Notes under the pieces: model-generated
Seen by the model: only the letters and a program-made list of their open reading frames with translations
What the model was told of the DNA's origin: nothing
Database searches by the model: none
Shown here: positions 39,823-51,825 of the stretch, piece by piece
How the letters are laid out: each line of letters starts with the position of its first letter
Numbering within the stretch: position 1 is the stretch's first letter
NCBI GenBank assembly: GCA_965203295.1
Contig: CBDBCZ010000019.1
Coordinates: 1,696,001 to 1,760,000, forward strand
Reading direction: 5' to 3'
Length of the DNA stretch: 64,000 nucleotides
DNA from: Nitrospirales bacterium
GTDB lineage: Bacteria; Nitrospirota; Nitrospiria; Nitrospirales; UBA8639
Translations under genes and position numbers: made by a program

Positions 39823-41061
39823 TTAAGCTGAAATCGGTAAGGCCTCATAATATGAAGAGAGAGGATTCCGAACATAGTCCTCTACAAAGTTCTGAAGGCC
39901 ACCATTGCGATATAATCGCGTATTGGCAAATCGAGTATCGATCTTATGAAGGACTTTCACCTTCACCCCCGTTTTCTTCACAAATTCATCAAGCGTCACG
40001 CCGGCAATATCCATATTCTTCCCTCGACCAGATTCCATGACGCATTTGGGAATATGGATAACTTTTTCATTCGTCAATCTTTTCTTGATATCCTCAAAAG
40101 TGAGAAGCACGGTGCAGTCCGAGTCTCCACCCAACATCGCATTGGGCACATAGAGGAACTTCGCTCAATTCTTTCGAAACATTTGCAAAATTTTATACAC
40201 ACTCCCAGCCATCACCACGTGATCTTTCTTTTCAAAATCTAATGAGTCAAATAGGCTGACGATTCTCTTACGGTTCAGGAAGGCGGTGACATACGCCTCG
40301 GTATGAATAGTGGTCATGTTGGGATATCCCGCATCGTAGACGCGTTGCCCTTCAACAGCTAAATATTTCCGGCCTTGGCGCATTAGAGAGGCCGTTCCTT
40401 CTTTCAATCCTCTGAAAGGAGTGAGACAACCCATCCAGAGCACACACTTTTCATTAATCTTCGATATTGTTTCAGCGTCTTTTGACATGGTGTGCTCATC
40501 AAACGCATAAAAATTCGCGGACGCGACGGCTGGTCCATCCAAGACTTTCATCAGATGTTTGATCGAAGGGGCATGAGGCATCAGTCGTTCCCGATAGGAT
40601 CCAAGTGTGATCACGGATAATTCGAAATTTATACGACCCGGGTAACTTTCAACCAATTGATGAATTTTGGGAACATGCACAAACCCTACAGTAAAAAAAG
40701 AAATATTCTTATCCGTATGCTTAAGGAAATCCTCCACCCATTCCATAGCCTTGGGGTGAAAAAACAAATCCGTCCATTCCATGTACTCATTACCACCTAA
40801 ACACCAAAATTGCATAGGATCCGTTGGTTTGGAGTTAACGTAATTCAGAATAAATTCCCAATCATCTTGCGTTGTCTTAGGCGGATCCAACGTTTCTCGG
40901 TAGGAATGATCCATTTCATAACAAAATTCACATTTGACAGGGCAGGTTTTTCCTAGACTCAAAGGAATTTTCCCGGCATCCAACTCCCGTTTAAGCACCT
41001 CTCGATGGTCTTTCCCTTTGAGTACGAGTGTCTGTTCAAGAATTGGAAGCGTTTTACTCAT
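39823..41061 (-). pseudogene. Radical SAM protein with DUF512-like C-terminal domain, in-frame TGA at 40167-40165
   Basis: CPVKCEFC; the two track ORFs are in one frame: MFRKN*AKFLYVPNAMLGG. Confidence 0.75.
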
Positions 41062-41187
41062 AGACAGGTCCTACAAAAACTACTCATTTATGATTAAAAA
41101 ACACGGCAGAAGAATCATTGACAGGGTTAACGTGAGTTTGTCATAAATTTGGATGAAGTTGGGCTTCCAACTCGACTCGCAACCACC

Positions 41188-41490
41188 ATGGATTCACAGA
41201 CTCCCCCTCCCAATTCTTCCGATATGGAGTCCACGCACCCCGATTCCGTGAAAAAGGCTTTTGAAGTGTTCGGCCTAAACCCACCCCTGACCAAAGACCA
41301 ACTCGAACATCGCTATCATAAACTTCGACATACTTGGCATCCACACCGGTATGCCAACCTCACCAACAATCCTCAAAAGTACATGCAGATGTATAAGAAA
41401 GGGGAGACAAAGTCGAATGAAGTGAAAGACGCGTTTCGAATCTTAGTGCAATGGATGGATCAGGAAAGCCTTCCTCCCTCACCACACTAA
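41188..41490 (+). CDS. J-domain-like protein with HPH instead of HPD
   Basis: AFEVFGL...YHKLRHTWHPHRY...EVKDAFRIL. Confidence 0.7.
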   Translation: MDSQTPPPNSSDMESTHPDSVKKAFEVFGLNPPLTKDQLEHRYHKLRHTWHPHRYANLTNNPQKYMQMYKKGETKSNEVKDAFRILVQWMDQESLPPSPH

Positions 41491-41496
41491 TTGCCC

Positions 41497-43464
41497 TCAT
41501 TGAGTCGCATGGCTCACGACACGAACCATTGACGATTCTCCATCCTTTCCCCCCTCTTTCTCAGCTTTAGCTACAGGCCACGTAATGAGCCCTGAGACCG
41601 CGTCTGATCGCATCTGTTCACGATTTTGTTGACTGGCATAGATTTGCGGCAAATCATTGGTGCCAAATTTAGAAATATACAGAAAGATCTGCTCCCTGGC
41701 ATTGATTCGGACAGCCCAAGGTTCAAAATCGTTTTGATAAAACTCTTCGCAAAGTTGCATCGCATCTAAACAACTCACTCCTCCCGGCTCATTGAGGGTG
41801 TAATAATAATCCAGGGGCATATCATATTCGTCTTGTCTATGAATCGTGATGCCGAATTTTTCAGGATTCCGTACCATCGGCGTATGCCGGTATGCCACAA
41901 AATAAAACAGTTCGACGGAATGAACGTGTTCCTTGTTATCCAATAAAAACTGCCTAGTCTCTTCCGCTTCTTCTCGTGTCTCTCCCGGAAAACCGTAAAA
42001 GGCCATGACATGATTCCAAATACCTGCCTTGGCAGCTTCTCTTAGATTATTTTCAATGACACTTTTCTTCGCATGCTTATCCATCAGTTCAAGTACCCGT
42101 TCATTCGCAGACTCCATGCCATAGTACAGGGTTCGACAGCCTGACTGAACCGCCAATTTCCAAACTTCAGGATCCTGCAATGTTTCCTCAAAACGAATGA
42201 GCGTGGTCCAATTTATGTTCAATTGGTGTTCCACTAACAATTGAGAAATTTTTTTTAGCAGAGCAGGGGGATAGGATTCATCGGCAAAAAGAAAATGCTC
42301 GGCGTGGTACTTTTCCTTGATCGCTTTCAATTCACGCACCACATCCCCGGCAGGTTTTCCTCGATATTGGTCAAAGTACCCTTGGCCATGGTCGCAGAAC
42401 GTACACTTCCCCCAATAACATCCCCTCGTGGCCAGGTAGGGCAAAATGCGCACCGGAACAAAATAAGAATCCAAAGGCAGCCCATCAAAGTCAGGAAGGG
42501 GAAGAGCCGTGGTTTTTTCAGTATAAATTTCCGGGTTGACTCGAACATGTCCATTTTCTTGAAACATCAAGTTGGGGACGTCTCGCCATTCTCGATCTCC
42601 AGCAAGGGCTTCTAATAACCACAGCAACGCATGCTCCCCTTCGTACAAGATAGCCGAGTCAAAAACAGGTCCGAAAAACTCCCCGTGTTTCGGAAGCTCC
42701 TCCTGCAGACGGGTTATCACATTTCCTCCGACCGTCACATGGATGTGAGGAAACGCTTCCTTGATCATCTTGCAGAAAGTCAACCCCGCAAAAAGCTGCA
42801 TCTGAGTGCCAATGGAGACTCCGATGACCTCAGGTTGAACTTTGTCCACTGTAGGAAGAACCAATTGCTGACAGACATCCCGATAGACATTCACTTGTTC
42901 ATCATTCAAACAGGCTAAGATTTCTTGTGAGACTCCAGGTCGATAACCCAGATTGCTTTCCATGGGGTAATAGACCAAAGAAGCTGGATAATAGGCGGTG
43001 GAAATAAATTGCATGACTTCTCGGAACGTATTGAGAGCCCAGTCCAATTTATCCGCATCATAAAACTCTTCACCCCGTGTAATAGATTTGGCTCGTTCGG
43101 CTCGTTCGGCCAAATCCATCACATCCATTCCTAGACGGTCTTCCAATTGAGCCTTTTGTTCAATCTCCCGATCTAAAAGACTCTCTGTTTGAGCTTTGGC
43201 TTCAAGCGCGCGAAGTTGCTGTGACATCCTGGCATGGATCCACACCAGGAACATGTCACTGAAAAATAAGTTGTACATTTCGATATTGACGTCCTTCTGA
43301 ATCACTTCATGCCCATGCTCACGAAGAACACTCGTTAAACTGGGCAAAGCCAAATAGGGTGCCGTTGGGACCCATTCGGGAGGAAACAGGAGGAGGGTTT
43401 TAAATTTTCGATCTGACTGAGGAGCAGAATCTGTCTGATCAATTTGAATGAGGGAGGTTGCCAT
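41497..43464 (-). CDS. B12-binding radical SAM protein
   Basis: FPPEWVPTAPYL, VTVGG, YEGE, TRGCYWGKCTFC, GMES, YGFPGET. Confidence 0.92.
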   Translation of the reverse strand: MATSLIQIDQTDSAPQSDRKFKTLLLFPPEWVPTAPYLALPSLTSVLREHGHEVIQKDVNIEMYNLFFSDMFLVWIHARMSQQLRALEAKAQTESLLDREIEQKAQLEDRLGMDVMDLAERAERAKSITRGEEFYDADKLDWALNTFREVMQFISTAYYPASLVYYPMESNLGYRPGVSQEILACLNDEQVNVYRDVCQQLVLPTVDKVQPEVIGVSIGTQMQLFAGLTFCKMIKEAFPHIHVTVGGNVITRLQEELPKHGEFFGPVFDSAILYEGEHALLWLLEALAGDREWRDVPNLMFQENGHVRVNPEIYTEKTTALPLPDFDGLPLDSYFVPVRILPYLATRGCYWGKCTFCDHGQGYFDQYRGKPAGDVVRELKAIKEKYHAEHFLFADESYPPALLKKISQLLVEHQLNINWTTLIRFEETLQDPEVWKLAVQSGCRTLYYGMESANERVLELMDKHAKKSVIENNLREAAKAGIWNHVMAFYGFPGETREEAEETRQFLLDNKEHVHSVELFYFVAYRHTPMVRNPEKFGITIHRQDEYDMPLDYYYTLNEPGGVSCLDAMQLCEEFYQNDFEPWAVRINAREQIFLYISKFGTNDLPQIYASQQNREQMRSDAVSGLITWPVAKAEKEGGKDGESSMVRVVSHATQ

Positions 43465-43516
43465 TAAGAAATCCTTATTCTTCTCTCATTGGCAGGAGAG
43501 AAATATCTCGGAACCG

Positions 43517-45412
43517 CTACACCCTGGCTAATTCTCCGGAATCTTTTTCAGGCTCCAATCGAAACTGAAGGGCAGGCAATTTATTGGTGCCAAAATGCGC
43601 CACATACAAATACACATATTCCCTGATGAAAATCCTGAGATCCCACCCCGCATAATGATTTTGTTCAAATTCCTCAAAAACCCGTTCGGCCTCCTCGATA
43701 CCTAACCCTTCTTTGACGGTGAAGTAATAATCAAGGGCCAGGTCCCATTCAGGGTTCTTGTAGTATGTCACTCCAAATTTTTCGGCATTCTTCGTGACCG
43801 GAGTATGTTTACTCAAGTCAAAGGTCCCAAAACCAATGGAATGAACATGCTCCTTATTGTCTTCCAAAAATTGCATGGAAAACTTGGCATCCTCATAGGT
43901 TTCTCCAGGGAACCCAAAGAACCCCATCACGTGGTTCCATACTCCATGCTTGGAAGACAACTCAAGGCTGCGTTGAATGACATCAGTGGTCGTCGCCTTA
44001 TCCATCAATTGCAACACTCGCTCACTACCCGACTCATAGCCCATATGGATGAATTTGCAGCCTGACTTCTCAGCTTGCTCCCAGACTTCATCATCCAACA
44101 AACTCTTTTCAAAGCGGATGTGAGTAGTCCAGTCGATATTCAGATTGTGTTCATTCAATTTATGGGTCAACTTTCTGAACAAAGCCGGGGGATAGGATTC
44201 GTCAGTGAAGTGAAAATGGTGGGTGTGATATTTGTCCCGAAGATGACGAATCTCTTCAATGATTTGATCAACTTTTTTCGTCCGGTACCCTGCAGTATAG
44301 CCCTCACCATGATCACAAAATTCACATCGCCCCCAGTAACAGCCACGGGTTGCCAGATAGGGAAGAACCGGTTCCGGCACAAAATACTTCTCCAAGGGCA
44401 ACCCATCAAAATCGGGTGGAGGTAAGGCTGCCATATTTTCTGAAGAGGTGAATGACGTCGTATGGATCCCCGAAGCATCCCGATACATCAGATTGGGAAT
44501 CTCCGAAAAATCACATTCTGTTCCCACAGCTTCGATAAGGTGTAAAAATGCCGTCTCTCCCTCAAACATGACCGCGCTATCAAACAAAGCAAATAGATTT
44601 TGGGCCTGCGGCAATTCATCCCGAAGCCGAGTCACGGTATTGCCACCGATGGTCACATGAATATTGGGAAACTGTTCTTTTATCAGGGCACAAAACGTCA
44701 TGGTCGAAAATAGCTGCTGCCTCAACACAATGGAAATTCCAATGATATCTGGTTTTTCTGCTACGATAGCTGGTTTCAGGATATGCTCAAACACATCCCG
44801 GTACACATTCACTTGCGTATCTTCAACCGCTTCTAAAACTTCCGAGGACATGAATAGCTTGTAGGAAAGATCCGTCTCCATAGGAGGCATGCAAATCCGC
44901 GCTGGGGCATAAACAAGTGAGATCGTCGCCGTCACTTCCCGAAACACGTTAATTGCCCATTCCAACTTCTCGACATCGTAAAATTCTGCGCAATGTACAA
45001 TTTGTTTGGCTTTTTCTGCTTTTTCAATGAATTCAGCAACACGACCCTGGGTGCATTCACACAAGGCCAATTGCAGTTCTTCTTCGCTCTCAGATAACCC
45101 TCGATCACGAGCAATCCTTTTAAGCCGGTCCAATTGCTGAGGGACTTTTTTTAACACCCGCTTGAGGAAATCCTCGCTAAAAAACCAGTCATACATCTCT
45201 AAATTGACATCTTTTTGGACAACATCGTGACCAGCCCCTCGAAGGAACGCTGTAAGGGTAGGCAAACTCAGGTAAGGCTCAGAGGGATACCAATCGGGAG
45301 GAAAGACCAGTATCACCTTCTTTTTAGGGCCAGGGGATGCGAGCAAATTCTTTTGGCGAACTTGTATAAGCTCCGATTGAATTCGCTCGCCTTTCCGATA
45401 ATCTATTCTCAT
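43517..45412 (-). CDS. B12-binding radical SAM protein (tandem paralogue)
   Basis: FPPDWYPSEPYL, VTIGG, FEGE, TRGCYWGRCEFC, GYES, FGFPGET. Confidence 0.92.
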   Translation of the reverse strand: MRIDYRKGERIQSELIQVRQKNLLASPGPKKKVILVFPPDWYPSEPYLSLPTLTAFLRGAGHDVVQKDVNLEMYDWFFSEDFLKRVLKKVPQQLDRLKRIARDRGLSESEEELQLALCECTQGRVAEFIEKAEKAKQIVHCAEFYDVEKLEWAINVFREVTATISLVYAPARICMPPMETDLSYKLFMSSEVLEAVEDTQVNVYRDVFEHILKPAIVAEKPDIIGISIVLRQQLFSTMTFCALIKEQFPNIHVTIGGNTVTRLRDELPQAQNLFALFDSAVMFEGETAFLHLIEAVGTECDFSEIPNLMYRDASGIHTTSFTSSENMAALPPPDFDGLPLEKYFVPEPVLPYLATRGCYWGRCEFCDHGEGYTAGYRTKKVDQIIEEIRHLRDKYHTHHFHFTDESYPPALFRKLTHKLNEHNLNIDWTTHIRFEKSLLDDEVWEQAEKSGCKFIHMGYESGSERVLQLMDKATTTDVIQRSLELSSKHGVWNHVMGFFGFPGETYEDAKFSMQFLEDNKEHVHSIGFGTFDLSKHTPVTKNAEKFGVTYYKNPEWDLALDYYFTVKEGLGIEEAERVFEEFEQNHYAGWDLRIFIREYVYLYVAHFGTNKLPALQFRLEPEKDSGELARV

Positions 45413-45858
45413 AATAGCCTCATAAAATAGCCGAACTCTCTAGTGTAAAATTTTACCAGAGATAAGACACCAAGAATTCAAAAAAGTCTTGAAATCTCAA
45501 TGAATTATTAACAATAGTCGATCATTCTAGTCCTTAGGAAAATTCCCGGTCAAGGGGGGTGAATACCTCATAAAGCTGCTGGAAAAATTGACAGTTAGTC
45601 ATGAATTAAATTATACTACAAAATTGTAGGTTGCAGGCTCGTAATTCCTGCCTAATACCCAGCATATCTCAAAAAATTCATTCAAGTTCAACTAAAAATC
45701 AACCCGGAACGGGTGTAATGCAGGAGCAAAAAATGACCAGGCCAAATTGTGAGAGTTCGCGTAATTGGATGTCGTACCTGATGGACCATATAGTTCATTC
45801 AGGAGCAATGCCTACTTGGGAAGCTACAGATTGTACTTAACATCGAATCTTATTGGAG

Positions 45859-46240
45859 ATGCCCCCAACACCCAGCTCCATGAAACAAAATCCCCTTATG
45901 AGACCATCCAACAATTTCTTCACCGATTATACGAACCCATCGTGGAAGCAGCATCACGGGCTGTCACACTTCCAGATCGGTCCATGATCCACAGTTTACC
46001 GATATTAGTCTCGCAGGGAATTCCGTCGTTTTAGTCGTATATTTTCCTGAAAAAAATCAACCTCACCAACTTCTCATGTTGGATGGAGTCCGTGCCTGGG
46101 ACCTCATGTTTGAAACCACCGAGGACTTTAATGCTTGGGCAGAAGAGCGCTACCGGTGGGTCGAGGGAGCCCTTCAATCCGTCAGTTTCGGAAGAGCACC
46201 AATCCCCGCAGCCACTGAACTCAGCTTGGCCTTGGCTTAA
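45859..46240 (+). pseudogene. Probable frameshifted hypothetical gene
   Basis: Protein-like segments PYETIQQFLHRLYEPIV and HDPQFTDISLAGNSVVLVVYF...FNAWAEERYRWVE in different frames. Confidence 0.35.
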
Positions 46241-46515
46241 TAAGGTCACACATCATGAATGCCCATCCCCTTCCAATTGCGATTCACGGGCATTCATAGC
46301 CACACATGTGTAGGGTATGCGAGCAATAAATATAATGAGACTCGAACCCTACACTTTCCTCTTGACTCGCTTATCCCGGCTAAGTTTGAAACAAATCCAG
46401 TAGGTCCGCTCCCCTACCCCCTCGATCGCCCTGCCACTCAAGATTCATAGCGTCGAAAGAGAACAAAACAACTAACAATACTGTCTTTGTTGACTGAGTT
46501 AAGCAGCGAGGGGCC

Positions 46516-49500
46516 CTAAGTTGGCACGACATTTTCTGGCTCGTAATGTAAATTTGGCGAAAGCCAACGCTCAACCTCGGATACTTTCATTCCCTTCCGG
46601 ACGGCATAGTCGTTGACTTGATCACGATCAATCTTTCCGATCGAAAAGTATTTGGCCTGAGGGTGGCCGAAGTAGAGGCCGCTTACAGAGGAAGCTGGAT
46701 ACATGGCAAAGGTTTCAGTGAGACAAACTTCCATATGCTTTTCCACATTCAATAAATCAAACAAAATTCGTTTCTCCGTATGATCAGGGCAAGCCGGGTA
46801 ACCTGGTGCCGGACGGATTCCACGATACCTCTCCCGAATCAAATCTTCATTGGATAAACTTTCATCTTTCCCATAGCCCCACTCTCGCCGGACTTCACGA
46901 TGGAGCCATTCGGCAAACGCTTCAGCAAGACGGTCAGCCAAGGCTTTAACCATGATGGAATTATAGTCATCATGATCCTTTTCAAACCGTTCACAGAGAG
47001 CTTGCACTCCTACTCCAGTCGTCACCGCGAAGCCGCCAATGTAATCTGTTAAGCCAGTTGATTGGGGAGCAATGAAGTCACCAAGAGCGTAATTGTAATC
47101 CCCTTCCGGTTTCTCCATCTGCTGTCGAAGCGTGTGGAAAGTTGTCGCGACCTCAACTCGCGAATCATCAGCATAAATTTGGATATCATCCTCCACACTA
47201 TTAGCAGGAAAAAACCCATAAACCGATTGAGCCGTCAAAAGTTTCTGCTGGACAATCTCTTTCAACAACTCTTGGGCATCATCATAGAGTTCCTTAGCCT
47301 TATTCCCCACCTTAGGATCTTCAAAAATCTTAGGATACCGGCCACGTAATTCCCAAGTATGAAAGAATGGTGACCAATCAATCACGGGAACTAATTTTTC
47401 CAAGGGCATGTTCTCGATCACACGAGTCCCGAGAAAACCGGGTTTAGCGAGATCAGAGGGATTCCATTCAATCCCCGTTTTTCTCTTTCTCGCTTCTTGG
47501 ATGGACAACAAAGCTTTTCTGATCTTTTTCCCTTCATAGGCTTCACGGGATTGTTCCTGCTGCTGACGAACTCTTTCAACAAAACCAGACTTTTCATAAG
47601 GACTTAACAATTGCCGCACGACATTCACTGACAAGGAAGCATCCAGAACGTGTACAACGGGTTCCTTGTACCCTGGGGCAATTTTCACTGCGGTATGCGC
47701 CTTACTCGTGGTGGCTCCGCCAATGAGCAAAGGGATTGTAAAGCCTTCACGGCTCATTTCTTTGGCATTATGAACCATTTCATCTAGGGAAGGCGTAATC
47801 AGCCCGCTCAGACCGATCATATCTACCTTTTCGTCTCTTGCGGTTTTCAGAATTTTGTCGCACGGAACCATGACACCTAAATCAATCACTTCATAATTAT
47901 TACAGGACAACACCACTCCAACGATATTTTTTCCAATGTCGTGGACATCGCCCTTAACCGTTGCCATCAGTATCTTTCCCTGCGCCCCCCTGCCTGATTC
48001 ATGTTTTTCCACATCCATGTAAGGAAGCAAATAGGCTACTGCCTTTTTCATCACACGCGCGCTTTTCACGACCTGCGGAAGAAACATTTTCCCCGCTCCG
48101 AACAGCTCTCCCACGACATTCATCCCATCCATTAAGGGGCCTTCAATAACCTTCAACGGTTTCTGGAATTTCTGACGGGCTTCTTCCACATCTTCATCAA
48201 TATAGTCAACGATCCCCTTGACGAGCGCATGCGATAACCGTTCCTCAACAGACCCCTGACGCCAAGCATCCTCTACCACGCCTGTCTTACCGGATTGCTT
48301 CACCGTTTCGGCAAACGCCACCAGTCGCTCTGTGGCATCGGGATGCCGATTCAATAGTACGTCCTCGACAAGCCCCAATAAGTGTTTGGGAATCTCCTCA
48401 TAGACTCCGAGTTGGCCAGCGTTGACAATAGCCATATCCAATCCGGCCTTGATTGCGTGATACAAGAACGCGGAATGCATCGCTTCCCGCACAGCATTGT
48501 TTCCTCTGAACGAAAAGGAAATATTGCTCACCCCCCCACTGACCTTGCAGTAGGGTAAGGTCGCTTTGATTTGTTTAGTCGCCTCTATAAAGTTCACGGC
48601 GTAGGCATTGTGTTCCTCAATACCGGTCGCAACCGTTAATATATTGGGGTCAAAAATAATGTCTTCCGCTGGAAACCCGACTTCCTCTGTGAGGATTCGA
48701 TAGGCCCTTGTACAGATTTCGACTTTTCGTTCCGTGGTATCTGCCTGGCCGCTTTCATCAAAGGCCATGACAACGACCGCAGCCCCGTATCGCTTGACCG
48801 CTCGTGCTTGCTCCTTAAATTTCTCTTCCCCCTCTTTCAAACTAATAGAGTTCACGACTCCTTTGCCTTGTATGCACTTCAGGCCCGCTTCTATGACAGA
48901 CCATTTGGAACTATCAACCATAAGAGGCACGCGGGAAATATCGGGTTCCGAGGCAATAAGATTCAGAAAGGTCACCATGGCCTTCTCTGAATCCAGCATG
49001 GCTTCGTCCATATTGACATCAATGATTTGTGCCCCGCCTTCCACCTGCTGCCTGGCTATAGAGAGAGTTTCCTCCAAATCGCCGCTTAAGATAAGTCTTG
49101 AGAATTTTGGCGAACCCGTCACATTCGTTCGTTCTCCAATGTTCACAAAATTGGCTTCAGGATGAATGGATACCGGCTCTAACCCACTAAGACGGGTGAC
49201 ACGGTCTGGAGTGCCAGGTTGATGAGGAGTCAGACCAGCGACAGCTTCTGCAATGGCTTTGATATGCTCGGGTGTACTGCCACAACACCCTCCCACGATG
49301 TTCAACCACCCATTACCGACAAAATCTCGCAAGTCGGTAGCCATGCGCTCGGGGGTTTCATCGAATCCACCAAAAGCATTGGGGAGCCCGGCATTGGGAT
49401 AGCAACTGATATACACCGGAGCCAAGCCTGATAGCTCCTCGATGTATGGCCGCATCTGCTTGGCACCGAGGGCGCAATTGATTCCAACACTCAGCAGATT

Positions 49501-50226
49501 GGCATGGGAGATAGAATTCCAAAAGGCTTCGATCAATTGTCCAGAAAGCGTTCTTCCACTGAGGTCTGTGATGGTAACGGAAGCCATGATTGGGATACTG
49601 TGCTGGTGCTTTGTACAATATCTGTCAATGGCAAAGAGTGCCACCTTCGCATTCAGGGTGTCGAAGATCGTCTCAAGCAACAGGAGATCAACCCCTCCAT
49701 CGATCAGCCCACTCACCTGTTCGTAATAAGCACGTTCCAAATCATCAAAGGAAACCGCTCGAAAAGCAGGGTCGTTCACGTCGGGGGACATGGAGGCAGT
49801 TCGGTTGGTCGGCCCGATAGCTCCCGCGACAAACCGTGGGCGGGATGGATCTTGGTTCGTCACCGTCTCTACGGCCTTTCTCGCGGCCTTTGCACCAGCT
49901 ACATTGAGTTCATACACTATGGCCTCTAACTTGTAATCGGCCATGGAAATCGCATTGCAGTTAAATGTGTTGGTTTCAATAATATCCGCTTCAGCTTCTA
50001 AATAGGCTTGGTGAATTGACTCAATGATCTTGGGTTGAGTAATCGAGAGAAGATCATTGTTCCCTTTCAGATCACAAGGATGATTGGCAAAACGGGAGCC
50101 ACGAAAATCCACCTCCTCCAGTTTATATGTCTGAATCATCGTACCCATAGCCCCGTCCATAATGGCAATTCTGGATTCGAGCAAGGTTTCCAATTCAGGC
50201 AGACAACTCAATTGATGCTTCACCAT
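46516..50226 (-). CDS. metH: Cobalamin-dependent methionine synthase
   Basis: [39 protein letters not shown]; 1236 aa intact. Confidence 0.98.
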   Translation of the reverse strand: MVKHQLSCLPELETLLESRIAIMDGAMGTMIQTYKLEEVDFRGSRFANHPCDLKGNNDLLSITQPKIIESIHQAYLEAEADIIETNTFNCNAISMADYKLEAIVYELNVAGAKAARKAVETVTNQDPSRPRFVAGAIGPTNRTASMSPDVNDPAFRAVSFDDLERAYYEQVSGLIDGGVDLLLLETIFDTLNAKVALFAIDRYCTKHQHSIPIMASVTITDLSGRTLSGQLIEAFWNSISHANLLSVGINCALGAKQMRPYIEELSGLAPVYISCYPNAGLPNAFGGFDETPERMATDLRDFVGNGWLNIVGGCCGSTPEHIKAIAEAVAGLTPHQPGTPDRVTRLSGLEPVSIHPEANFVNIGERTNVTGSPKFSRLILSGDLEETLSIARQQVEGGAQIIDVNMDEAMLDSEKAMVTFLNLIASEPDISRVPLMVDSSKWSVIEAGLKCIQGKGVVNSISLKEGEEKFKEQARAVKRYGAAVVVMAFDESGQADTTERKVEICTRAYRILTEEVGFPAEDIIFDPNILTVATGIEEHNAYAVNFIEATKQIKATLPYCKVSGGVSNISFSFRGNNAVREAMHSAFLYHAIKAGLDMAIVNAGQLGVYEEIPKHLLGLVEDVLLNRHPDATERLVAFAETVKQSGKTGVVEDAWRQGSVEERLSHALVKGIVDYIDEDVEEARQKFQKPLKVIEGPLMDGMNVVGELFGAGKMFLPQVVKSARVMKKAVAYLLPYMDVEKHESGRGAQGKILMATVKGDVHDIGKNIVGVVLSCNNYEVIDLGVMVPCDKILKTARDEKVDMIGLSGLITPSLDEMVHNAKEMSREGFTIPLLIGGATTSKAHTAVKIAPGYKEPVVHVLDASLSVNVVRQLLSPYEKSGFVERVRQQQEQSREAYEGKKIRKALLSIQEARKRKTGIEWNPSDLAKPGFLGTRVIENMPLEKLVPVIDWSPFFHTWELRGRYPKIFEDPKVGNKAKELYDDAQELLKEIVQQKLLTAQSVYGFFPANSVEDDIQIYADDSRVEVATTFHTLRQQMEKPEGDYNYALGDFIAPQSTGLTDYIGGFAVTTGVGVQALCERFEKDHDDYNSIMVKALADRLAEAFAEWLHREVRREWGYGKDESLSNEDLIRERYRGIRPAPGYPACPDHTEKRILFDLLNVEKHMEVCLTETFAMYPASSVSGLYFGHPQAKYFSIGKIDRDQVNDYAVRKGMKVSEVERWLSPNLHYEPENVVPT

Positions 50227-50588
50227 TCGCTCAACCTTATGCTTTGGTTCTTAAAGGTAAAAATGGGAATGACCTCCCGTCAGTTAGCCAAAAAATAACA
50301 GATATTCGGATTTTAGCTTGAGAGTCATCTCTAAGGGTAGAAAAGATAAAGTCTGACTATACCTTCTCAATGCCGATAGGTCAAAACACTGTACCAAGGA
50401 AACATCTTTCAACAAGATCTTATGCGATGAAATCCAAGATCCTCCTGATAAAACTTGAAACTCGTCATTGATATTTGGATGCAATTAACATCTGAAGCAG
50501 CGGTTTCATTATAGAGGTCCAGTCGAAAGACCGATTCAATAGTTTCTTGACTTGGTCAAATCCATGGCATTAGGATGAATAGATTGGG

Positions 50589-51398
50589 TTGATCTTCGTT
50601 ATGGCAATTTCTTCAAACTTCCCTATGAAGGGTCTCCAAGTTTTAGGAATAACTACCTTCATCACGCTCGGATGGCTGATGTGTGTCTTTCCAGCCTGGA
50701 GCGCCCCCTACTTTGAAGATGGATATTTAGGGCTTACACAAGCCGAAGTTCATAAAAAGCTTGGGCCACCCCATGCGGTGCGATCTCGAAAGGCTGCCCT
50801 TCGGGTATTTCACTACTATTCTTACAAGGACTGGCAGCGATACTTCCAAAAATTAGTTTCTCCAGAAAACGGAGAAGATGTCTATACCTACATGCGGAAT
50901 GGAACGAAGGTTCGTTATTCGTTTGCCTATACTCCAGACTTGAGAGAAGACACAGATTATCCCACTCTTTATGTCAAAAGAGTGGAGGTGGAATTTACAC
51001 CATCAGCCACCATAGAAACCGTCCCTCAATTAGTCCACGAATTCGACCCACCGACGGAACCCTCATCACCAGTATTTCGGTCCAATCTTTGGATTTTAAT
51101 TTTTAAAGGCCCCTCATCTCAGGAAGCGGAACTGATCGTGAAGGAACGCGATAAGGAAAATTGGAAATGGTCTTTAGCGTATCAGATGTTTGCTCTAAAG
51201 GGACTTCCTGATTACTTAACATTAGCCTCACCCATTGATAGACTAGAGTTTACGGTTCAAAGCCTCCCTCTCGTGAGAACAAATCAACGGTTAACGCACG
51301 AACCTATTTTGAATCCGTTTTCCAAGGAATTTATTCAAAGCCCGCCTCAACCCCAAAAGCCAAGAAAAACCATACCCGTCCCCCAATATGCGGATTAG
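50589..51398 (+). CDS. Exported hypothetical protein
   Basis: Signal peptide ending AWS; LGLTQAEVHKKLGPP. Confidence 0.75.
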   Translation: MIFVMAISSNFPMKGLQVLGITTFITLGWLMCVFPAWSAPYFEDGYLGLTQAEVHKKLGPPHAVRSRKAALRVFHYYSYKDWQRYFQKLVSPENGEDVYTYMRNGTKVRYSFAYTPDLREDTDYPTLYVKRVEVEFTPSATIETVPQLVHEFDPPTEPSSPVFRSNLWILIFKGPSSQEAELIVKERDKENWKWSLAYQMFALKGLPDYLTLASPIDRLEFTVQSLPLVRTNQRLTHEPILNPFSKEFIQSPPQPQKPRKTIPVPQYAD

Positions 51399-51407
51399 GA
51401 AGCCTGA

Positions 51408-51767
51408 TCACATTTCCTGATACAGAAGATCTCGCTCGTCGGCCAAGGAAAGGTAAGTTTCTCCCCATTGATTAGGGCTTTCGATATCCCAATCTTCTTG
51501 CAAGCTCACGGGTTTTAATCGAATCCCATGAATCCCTCCAAACACTAAATAGCCTAGCCCCATACCTGAGTCTTCAATTGGCTGCGCCTGCGCCTGGCAC
51601 ACGGGATTATCCGGATCATCACTCCAACCAACAACGAAACACCATTCTCCTTTTGATGTTCGCTCGTAACTCTTTACCTGCAAAAGCGGTTTGGGTAGAC
51701 CAAGATCTTTAAATCTGAGGAACACAGAACTTTCACTGTTCGGGTTACTGTCGACTTCGATAAACAT
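51408..51767 (-). CDS. Hypothetical protein
   Basis: AAGG RBS, 119-aa ORF. Confidence 0.7.
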   Translation of the reverse strand: MFIEVDSNPNSESSVFLRFKDLGLPKPLLQVKSYERTSKGEWCFVVGWSDDPDNPVCQAQAQPIEDSGMGLGYLVFGGIHGIRLKPVSLQEDWDIESPNQWGETYLSLADERDLLYQEM

Positions 51768-51825
51768 CCTTGAACCTTCCTTGACGTGATTCTTATCCCA
51801 TTGCTACACTTAATTACTTAGATCC

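Noticed and set aside
40165..40167. Selenocysteine codon
   Set aside because: Basic context (RKN*AK) outside any Cys motif; no SECIS recognised; CGA-to-TGA is simpler
45413..46515. RiPP precursor for the radical SAM enzymes
   Set aside because: No small ORF with leader/core pattern; region looks like promoter DNA plus a decayed gene
47062..50298. Many opposite-strand or alternative-frame ORFs over metH and other genes
   Set aside because: Shadow frames with no motifs, overlapping well-supported genes
50227..50588. Cobalamin or SAM riboswitch upstream of metH
   Set aside because: No B12 box or S-box core recognised by eye; an Rfam scan would settle it
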